Below are positions 39,036-46,379 of a stretch of 64,000 bases of DNA, one piece after another (the stretch's first letter is position 1; every line of letters begins with the position of its first letter). The translations under genes and the position numbers were made by a program. A model generated the notes under the pieces. That model worked only from the letters and a program-made list of their open reading frames with translations. It had not been told where the DNA came from and searched no databases. Origin of the DNA: an uncultured Lachnospiraceae bacterium (GTDB lineage Bacteria > Bacillota > Clostridia > Lachnospirales > Lachnospiraceae); NCBI GenBank assembly GCA_905234245.1, contig CAJOGN010000005.1, forward strand, positions 411 through 64,410, given 5' to 3'.

Positions 39036-40244
39036 TTATCTTATATCAAACATATTTACGAATCCGGTAACTTCTAATATTTCCTTTACCTCTTCATTAG
39101 GATTGTGGAAATAGAATCCGCTATCATCCGGAATTGATTCAGACATTATCATGAACACACGTAGTCCTGCTGATGATATATATTCTGTATCTGTAAGATC
39201 CATCTCAATCTTAAGTACTCCATCTAATTGTTGCTCACGAAATCCGGATAAAAGCTTAGGACCGTTAATAGTATCTAATCTTCCTGTTAATCTGCAATGA
39301 AGGATATCTCCCTCTCTGTCAAATCTGACATTGAACTCTTTTCCATTATCGCTTTTTGCTGATTTACCCTCGTTTACAGTCATCACCCACATGATAATAT
39401 CCTCATATGCTTTTCTAAGCCCATCTAATTCTTTCTCATTATCAAGTGAACTCAGCTTAGGAAGCTTCTCAGCATACGATACTTCCTTAATATTGAATCC
39501 ATGTTCCTTAAAATACTTCTTTGCCTCAGACACTGTTCCATGAATCACGGTATGATTTATAGGAATATCAGCCACCTTGCTTCCACCCTTTCTCATAGTT
39601 TGTCTGACAATCTCTCCATCTGAATCTGTAAGAGCGGCATAAGTTATAGCGCCGAGATCTGTTCCGAATTTATCTGCAGTAATCCATACTCCACCATGTT
39701 CTTTCAATAGTTCTCTGATGTTATTCAAGACAGAATCAAGCTCCGGATTATTAAAATATCCAAGTAGTCCATCCATCAATATACATATCTTACCGTCCAC
39801 ACCCTTAAGTGCATTTCTTAGAGAGTCAAGATTAGTCGCATCAACAGAGGCAAAATGCATCCTGTCATTCTGTTCATTCGTCGCAATCTCCCGAATAGCC
39901 GGTTCTAACTCTTCAATAACGGCAGGCAAATCAAGGCCATAGAATTGTTTTCCTTCTTCCGAAATCACAAGTCCTCTTGGTACATATCCACAGGGAAGAT
40001 CCACAATTGTATCGCAACCGGATTCCTTCGCCATAATATTGCCTATATGGAAGCGTGCTTCATTAGAAACCGTGTAGGCTCTAATTATCTCCGGTGGCGT
40101 ATTATTAGCACCCTTAACAGTAAGATCAATCCTGCTCCCAAGCTCCTTTGCTCCCTTAACATCTGTACTCACAAGTAACCCAAGGCATCCCTTAGCTGTT
40201 GCAAATACAGGGTTTACTTCAAATAATAACTCATTTCTTTCCAT
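39036..40244 (-). CDS. Fusion protein: SAM-dependent (leucine carboxyl / TcmP-like) methyltransferase domain plus a C-terminal STAS domain
   Basis: TIVDLPCGYVPRG, FASVDATN and LMDGLLGYF are methyltransferase-like. The C-terminal LTGRLDTINGPKLL...LDLTDTEYISSAGLRVFM is a typical STAS/anti-sigma-antagonist fold. Confidence 0.65.
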   Translation of the reverse strand: MERNELLFEVNPVFATAKGCLGLLVSTDVKGAKELGSRIDLTVKGANNTPPEIIRAYTVSNEARFHIGNIMAKESGCDTIVDLPCGYVPRGLVISEEGKQFYGLDLPAVIEELEPAIREIATNEQNDRMHFASVDATNLDSLRNALKGVDGKICILMDGLLGYFNNPELDSVLNNIRELLKEHGGVWITADKFGTDLGAITYAALTDSDGEIVRQTMRKGGSKVADIPINHTVIHGTVSEAKKYFKEHGFNIKEVSYAEKLPKLSSLDNEKELDGLRKAYEDIIMWVMTVNEGKSAKSDNGKEFNVRFDREGDILHCRLTGRLDTINGPKLLSGFREQQLDGVLKIEMDLTDTEYISSAGLRVFMIMSESIPDDSGFYFHNPNEEVKEILEVTGFVNMFDIR

Positions 40245-40285
40245 GTTAAATCTCCTTCATAATTTTATAATTAATATATTCTTTT

Positions 40286-41871
40286 CTAATATTTATATCC
40301 CGGATTAAGAAGTTCAAGCAGCTTCTCGTCATGCTTATACGTAAGATAAGGCTTTTCATCTAGTATCATGGTTGCACCTGTCTTAACAGTATACGGTTCC
40401 CACTTCTCTACTCCTCTGTATGACGGAACTCCATCTCTTGCAAAGCTGGTCCACAAGCCACTCATAATATTTGTCATCCTCGGATTCTCAGATGTATTCC
40501 TGAATACATAAGGTATCTCCGAATTGTGTGCGGCTCCGGCATCAGAAGATTGATATGTATACACATAGCCGTATACATCAGCTCCGCCCTGAGCCGCCTT
40601 ATGCTTCATCAGCTTCAAAGTAGGCTGTCTTACAATAATATCTGTATTCTCTGCAATACCTTCATCCTCATTAACATATGCTTTACCGAATTCCTTCTCT
40701 ACCTTGCTTCATGAGTCTGCCCACCATATGTCGCCCATTCTTCGAGATTACTCCCTATAAGAAGAGGTACATCGAAGCTTGCACTGGCAAATGTGTTACC
40801 AGTTATAGGGTTTGTTGGAATGAAATCACCATCTACAACAGGCTGCCATTCTAAGGCATATCCCTCCCCAACTTCTATGGGAATCTTGAACTTTATAGCG
40901 GTATCAGATAAAGCTTTCACCGATGCTTCCTGTAATTCATAATTATCTACAGATTGAATATCTTCTATATCGCTTCTCTTGATATTAAGTTCATCCAGCA
41001 ATCTCTCCGTCAGATATTGACTCACTTCTTTTTCGGTAAAAACCGCTCCCTGAACATCAGATGCTCCTGACTCTACGATAGCTTTATCATATAGTCCCGT
41101 TGCATATGGAGAAGTCATGAGTGCAAGCACCTTGCCACCGCCTCCCGATTGGCCGAATATCGTGATATTGTTCGGATCGCCTCCAAAGCTTGCTGCGTTG
41201 CTTCTAACCCAGTCAAGGGCATCTATGAGATCATATATACCTACATTGGCAGAGTATTTATACTTGTCCCCATAATCGGACAGGTCTAAGAATCCATATA
41301 CATTTAATCTATGGTTGACTGTAATGACTACAACATCCTCATCCTTTGCAAGGTTATGTCCGTCATATTCTTCATCATTTCCCGAGCCTATAGAAAAGCC
41401 TCCTCCATGAAACCATACCATAACAGGTCTGTTACCGCCATCTCCTATGGCAGGTGTCCACAGGTTGAGATTAAGGCAATCATTATCTCCAGTATCAAAC
41501 AAATCCGGCTCTCCACCGAAGATTGCTCCTTGTGGAGAAGTATCTCCATACTCTACAGTATCCTTTACACCTTGCCAAAAATCCGGCTTCTCTGCTGGAA
41601 CAAATCTCTCCGTAGCTTTGGCATAATTGATACCAAGGTAAGTATATACATCATCATTTATCGAACCTCTGACACTTCCGTATGATGTATTAACAATTGC
41701 CTTGTTATTAGGCAATCCTGTTCTGTCCATAGTCAACCATAGGAATAATGCTGCAGCACCAGTGGCAACTGTCAGCGTTAACAGCGTTTTTCCTATGACT
41801 TTTAATATTCTTTTATTCTTATTTTTCTTTTTCTGCCCTTGTTTTGTGTTTGTAGCCATCTGTCCCAACAC
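40286..41871 (-). pseudogene. Carboxylesterase type B (secreted/membrane-anchored), split by a 1-nt frameshift at about 40702..40708
   Basis: The N-terminal ORF (40699..41871) has VMVWFHGGGF and FGQSGGG (nucleophile elbow). The C-terminal frame is open from 40708 and continues KVEKEFGKAY...YVFRN... Restoring one A in GCAAGG would fuse the two frames. Confidence 0.8.
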
Positions 41872-44537
41872 TATTCTACACGTTCAAGTCTGATTCCTTC
41901 CATACCGGCTTCATTCATGATATCGCGCATTGCCTTGGCATACATATCGCCATGAAAGCCCTGATACCAATTGATATAGAAATAGTCTCCAACTTCTGTC
42001 ACCTGTAGCATAATTCCTTTTTCCTGCATAGCATGGAATGCGCTCATTTTGATACGATTGCCGTAAGATGCTGTCCGAAGAGTTCCAAGGTAACTTACTG
42101 CACAGTTAAGTGAAACCTTAGATCTCTGCTCTAGTATAACACTATCAAGTGCTCCTGAAGCGTACGCCTTCTTATAGCCTTCACATATACCGCGATAGAT
42201 TCCACACATATTCTTAATATTCTGTTCTGAAGCAAAACCTTTAAGGAATGCACGATAAGCCTTATTCAATGCAGCATCATCCTTCTTAAGGTCCTCCACC
42301 TGGAATGTATATGGTGCATGCACAACCTGATGTAACAAAGAAGTCTCATTGCCCATTACCTTACGAACGCTAATCGGAGACATAACACGAATGGGAAGTT
42401 CATTCTCCGGATGCACACGCTCCATAGCCCTGGCAAAGAATACATTAAGCATTGACATAGGACTTGCTCCCACGCTCTTAGCATATGACATAAATTCATC
42501 ACTTGGAGCACTGATACAATAACCGCGACAATCCTCTCTAGTAAGGAATAATTCTTCTCTCACTCCTTCAATTGGAATAAATATTGCATTATCGCCAAAT
42601 CCCTGAGCCATAGCAGAAGGGTCTACTGCATCCACCTTAAGATATGCATCTACATCCTGACCTTCCACTACCCCTTCTGTATATACTCCATCCGGCACTT
42701 CGTATGTCTTACCATCAATAATAGAATAGTAATGATAGAAGAATGTCTCAAGCACAGCCTTGAATCCTGTTCCGTCAAGTGGCACATTGTCTGCATAAAT
42801 CCATAGCACATTATCAAGATAACAGAATGTAACTGTATGGAAATTACCGCTTCTTCCATAGGGTTCTATAACTTCGCTGGTCTCTTCAATAATAAACGGC
42901 AGAGGATTCTCTATAAGAACCAGTTCTCCTTCTCTGATTCCAACTCCATATCCCATATAAGGATAGACAGATAATGTCTTATCCCACGCTTTACTAATAG
43001 CATCTGCGTTAACAGCATCGCTTAAGTCGAACCTATATGTCATATAGAATGCTTTATCTGTAGGATATACGCCTCTTGCGAACATTCCGGCGGTTATTGG
43101 GCGCACCATCTTCCATTCTTCTGTAATAGGGTCCCCTTCTCTTGCAACAAAAAGCTTCCTCTCACGATTGAATTTACCCTTTTTAAGCGACCTTACGGTA
43201 TACCAACCATTGCATTGACCTGAACAAAGAAAAGAATCACATCTTGCAAGCATATATAGAGCATAGAAGTAATTAACGGTTGTATCTTCAAGGGCATCCT
43301 TTAAAGCCTGTCCGCTTCTCTTCTTCGCCTCATACTCATTTAAAAGAACAGCACCTGCTTTCTTAAGTTCCTTAACACTTGTTCTCTTCTGTGATATAGC
43401 AATAATCTTCTTCGGGAATGCCGCTCTAATCTTCTTAAGGATATCATCATCCTCAGTTGCAAGGAATATCTTGTCGTATCCGTCTTCATCCATCCATTTT
43501 TGAATTACTGTAATCATCTGTTCGGCAGTTGCATGCTTCCTGTCATTCCCAAGCTTAGAGGTTATATAATCCGTTCCTCTTGCAAGGACACCAAGCACCT
43601 TCTTCCCACCGATTATTGCATCAGCATAATGCTTCAGATCAGAGGCAAATTTCTCGTTAAATATGCTTTCATCAAAGGTGGCAGGAAACTGACAGCCATA
43701 CCATGTGGTGACAAAAATCGACAACTCATGAATAAAGATTGTATTATCTTCAGTCGCATCCTCCGGCTTTGGATTAATCTTAAAATATCTGCTCAAAAGT
43801 TCCTGGGAATATCTTGTACAGTCAGGTTTAAGATATGCCATATATCCTTTGGGAGCAACAGCATTGTCTACCATAGACACATTAGATAATATTCCACCGA
43901 TTCCGGTAATTGGAGTTAGTGCAACTTCCACATACTTAAAAGGTCCCTTTTTTCCTTCCATCAAATCCTGCCAGAAGAAAATATTCTGGAAGGCAACAAC
44001 TGAACCCAACCTTGAATAATCGCGTGTAGTATATCCAATGTCATACACGCTGGCAGTAATGCGAAGTGTACTCTTCTCTTTTTCCGCCGTAAGACTATCC
44101 ACCTTGACAAATCTTTTCGATGGCTCTATAAACCACTCGAGCCTCTCGTCAATATAGTTAATAGTAATATCTGTATGTTTTAATATAATGTTCGCAAGAA
44201 CAATACTGTATTCATCTGCGACTCCAATCTCTGCCTTGTCAAACTGCTGCAAAAATTCCATACACAAATTGTCAATATCATTCTCATCATAACTAAGATA
44301 CGTAGAAATTATCGCAGCTCCCTTTGTCATCATGTATATCTGCTTTCGGGCAATCTCGTTAAAGAGCATCATATTCTCTGTATATTCTAAGTCATAATCA
44401 GGAACCTTACCTTCTTCATCCGTAACATGAACGCGAGTCTCTCCGTCAAGAACCAATTCCAAAGCTTTATGGAATACATTCGCTCCATGCTTGAGAGTTA
44501 CCAAATCTTCGTCATTTCTTTCAACAATATTAAGCAT
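41871..44537 (-). CDS. Large hypothetical cytoplasmic protein (888 aa), function unknown
   Basis: Long uninterrupted ORF whose stop overlaps the esterase start. Weak resemblance only: the middle (GVLARGTDY...IFLATEDDDI...) to fucosyltransferase/NodZ-like folds, and the C-terminal third (ADNVPLDGTGF) to a degenerate HHxxxDG acyltransferase/condensation motif. Confidence 0.6.
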   Translation of the reverse strand: MLNIVERNDEDLVTLKHGANVFHKALELVLDGETRVHVTDEEGKVPDYDLEYTENMMLFNEIARKQIYMMTKGAAIISTYLSYDENDIDNLCMEFLQQFDKAEIGVADEYSIVLANIILKHTDITINYIDERLEWFIEPSKRFVKVDSLTAEKEKSTLRITASVYDIGYTTRDYSRLGSVVAFQNIFFWQDLMEGKKGPFKYVEVALTPITGIGGILSNVSMVDNAVAPKGYMAYLKPDCTRYSQELLSRYFKINPKPEDATEDNTIFIHELSIFVTTWYGCQFPATFDESIFNEKFASDLKHYADAIIGGKKVLGVLARGTDYITSKLGNDRKHATAEQMITVIQKWMDEDGYDKIFLATEDDDILKKIRAAFPKKIIAISQKRTSVKELKKAGAVLLNEYEAKKRSGQALKDALEDTTVNYFYALYMLARCDSFLCSGQCNGWYTVRSLKKGKFNRERKLFVAREGDPITEEWKMVRPITAGMFARGVYPTDKAFYMTYRFDLSDAVNADAISKAWDKTLSVYPYMGYGVGIREGELVLIENPLPFIIEETSEVIEPYGRSGNFHTVTFCYLDNVLWIYADNVPLDGTGFKAVLETFFYHYYSIIDGKTYEVPDGVYTEGVVEGQDVDAYLKVDAVDPSAMAQGFGDNAIFIPIEGVREELFLTREDCRGYCISAPSDEFMSYAKSVGASPMSMLNVFFARAMERVHPENELPIRVMSPISVRKVMGNETSLLHQVVHAPYTFQVEDLKKDDAALNKAYRAFLKGFASEQNIKNMCGIYRGICEGYKKAYASGALDSVILEQRSKVSLNCAVSYLGTLRTASYGNRIKMSAFHAMQEKGIMLQVTEVGDYFYINWYQGFHGDMYAKAMRDIMNEAGMEGIRLERVE

Positions 44538-44832
44538 ATTCCTTTCTCCTGTTACTTCTATATTTATCTCTTATAGTGCAAGAGGATTTTAGTTTATTCT
44601 TTTAGCAAGGTCTGTGCTAGTATATTCATCCCCAGTACAACACTATGTTATTTAAGCTAAAAACTTTCTATATATTATAATATATTTTGCCATCATTGTA
44701 TACCGATAAAACATGGGTTTAAAAAGGAAGAACTCTTATATTATCTTGCTGTGGTTCACTCGAAATCTACCATAATCTATTGTATAAAAAGCTACTTCTT
44801 GCTCTTAGTTAATAATTCAGATTATATAGCGT

Positions 44833-44917
44833 ATTGTATTATCCGGCATCTTGTATTATCTGGCGTCTTGTATTATCCGGCGTCTTGCATTATCCGGCAT
44901 CTTGCATTATCCGGCAT
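44833..44917. repeat. Five tandem 17-bp direct repeats (consensus CTTGYATTATCCGGCRT)
   Basis: Units start at 44833, 44850, 44867, 44884 and 44901, read directly. Confidence 0.9.
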
Positions 44918-44976
44918 CTAGGATTAAAGTCGGCGTAATTCCTTCTCTGGCTAATATTTAATCCCAAACAATTATT

Positions 44977-45103
44977 TTGTTAGCTGTAAACGCATTCCTT
45001 GTTCATTTGTACTGCATGTGCGGCTAACAAAAAGTTTGTCGAACATCATTTGTTAGCCACATTCTGCATAATATCGTATGATTGCTGTGTATTAAGCTAA
45101 CAA
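44977..45103. repeat. Two 54-bp units bounded by TTGTTAGCY ... RGCTAACAA, on the 3' side of the nuclease-like ORF
   Basis: Unit 1 runs from TTGTTAGCT (44977) to GGCTAACAA (45022..45030). Unit 2 runs from TTGTTAGCC (45050) to AGCTAACAA (45095..45103). Period 73 bp. Confidence 0.85.
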
Positions 45104-45151
45104 CATAAAGAAAACATCAACACTATTAGCCATCACCCTATCTTCCTAGAT

Positions 45152-45964
45152 TTACTTACGAAGGCTCATCTTACTAATCATCTCTCTAAGGCATCTTGTA
45201 TTAATTGGATACTTGGATGTCTCAAATGTCCATATCATATTAATCCCCTGATAATACCCATTAGATTCATACTCTCTAATCTTCATAAAAGCATTGTTCC
45301 TATATTCAATGTCATCCATCATACCGAAGTGCTCCCACAGTATTTCTTGTCTTGTTTTTACATTAAGAAGCGTAAAATCAGGATGCACAATTTTTCCTTT
45401 TGAAAACTTAATAGGCTTCTCATATAAATAGGGTATTTCAAATTCATCCAAAGTATCAGCAATAATAATCTCAGATTTTGATCTTACCCTAATGCCACTC
45501 CTTGTGTAATATTCTGTAGCATTTTCTCTGAATTCAAGCTTATCATAATCTTGAGACAACCAGCTACATATATACTCCTCATCAGATACGTATGGAATTG
45601 TTAGTAATTCCCGTTTTAGCTCAGACATCTTGTACACTGCGTTTATATATGGATTAGCATCAGGAATACTGTGTAAGCCTTTCAGCTCATCTATTTCTTC
45701 TGACAGTAATGCAATCAACTTTTCGCTATACTCAACTTGCACCAGCAACTCGGCAAAAGATCTGTCTTTCTTTTTAATATATGTTCCATTTCTCTCTTTC
45801 GAATTTCGTCTAACAAAAAACTGATTGGAGCCACTATGTCTGGTTGCACGAAGAGAGCAACCCTTTGGAACTTTAGTCTTTAGTTGTACAAGTTTGTTTT
45901 TTGTTTCTTGCATAATATATTCTAGTTCTACTATTTCTTTATTAATTGTATCTTTATTAATCAT
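45152..45964 (-). CDS. Hypothetical protein with an N-terminal coiled-coil-like region and a C-terminal PD-(D/E)xK-like (TnsA/Vsr-style) nuclease motif pattern
   Basis: 270 aa with a GAGGAA RBS. The C-terminal half reads VRSKSE(165)IIIADTL..IPYLYEKPI..GKIVHPD(196)FTLLN...EILWE(211)HFG. This is an acidic/PD/acidic arrangement, assigned by eye only. Confidence 0.5.
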   Translation of the reverse strand: MINKDTINKEIVELEYIMQETKNKLVQLKTKVPKGCSLRATRHSGSNQFFVRRNSKERNGTYIKKKDRSFAELLVQVEYSEKLIALLSEEIDELKGLHSIPDANPYINAVYKMSELKRELLTIPYVSDEEYICSWLSQDYDKLEFRENATEYYTRSGIRVRSKSEIIIADTLDEFEIPYLYEKPIKFSKGKIVHPDFTLLNVKTRQEILWEHFGMMDDIEYRNNAFMKIREYESNGYYQGINMIWTFETSKYPINTRCLREMISKMSLRK

Positions 45965-45999
45965 AATTCTTTTCCTCTTCTTATTGTTTGTGTGTGTAA

Positions 46000-46379
46000 T
46001 TGTTAGCCGTAATTATTAATTCGGCTCTTACTTTGCACTTCACCAGCTAACAACACCCCTACTACACTTCACTAGTTGTTAGCCACAACAGCAGGTTCAA
46101 CTCTTGCATCGCACTTCATCGGCTAAAAGTTTCTTCTCCCTTGCCGGTGTTGTTAGCCACAACAGTAGCTTCACCTCTTGTGTTGCACTTCATCGGCTAA
46201 CAACTTCTTCTCCCTTGCCGGTGTTGTTAGCCGTAACAGTAGCTTCACCTCTTGTATCGCGCTTCGCCGGCTAACAACTCCTGCATCTCCGCCCGAGTTG
46301 TTAGCCACAACTCAACAAAATTATCTCTTTCTCGCCTTATCGGCTAACAATTCATATACCAAGGCTCGAATTGTTAGCC
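46000..46379. repeat. Array of five and a half ~74-bp tandem units, each a 54-bp segment bounded by TTGTTAGCC ... GGCTAACAA, on the 5' side of the nuclease-like ORF
   Basis: Forward 9-mers start at 46000, 46076, 46150, 46224, 46298 and 46371. Reverse 9-mers start at 46045, 46121 (degenerate GGCTAAAAG), 46195, 46269 and 46342. The last forward copy overlaps the comEC stop codon. Confidence 0.9.

Noticed and set aside
45037-45043. Spo0A box (TGTCGAA) and a Cheo/LexA-like half-site CGAAC in the spacer between repeat units
   Set aside because: Both are single occurrences of short motifs that are expected by chance, and the LexA-like site lacks the second half (GTTCG).
46000-46379. CRISPR array interpretation of the ~74-bp periodic repeats
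   Set aside because: The spacer-like 20-bp linkers are themselves conserved between neighbouring units (for example TTTCTTCTCCCTTGCCGGTG versus CTTCTTCTCCCTTGCCGGTG). The repeat interiors diverge instead of being identical. No cas genes or leader are present. This is a diverged tandem repeat with conserved terminal 9-mers, not repeat-spacer architecture.
44977-46379. Integron attC sites (GGCTAAC / GTTAGCC resemble the inverse-core RYYYAAC and core GTTRRRY)
   Set aside because: In the attC-like order (GGCTAACAA-N20-TTGTTAGCC) the element would be only 38 bp, with a non-palindromic centre and no L-boxes. The cassettes would be 36 bp with no ORFs, and no intI gene is present. The resemblance is limited to the 7-mers.
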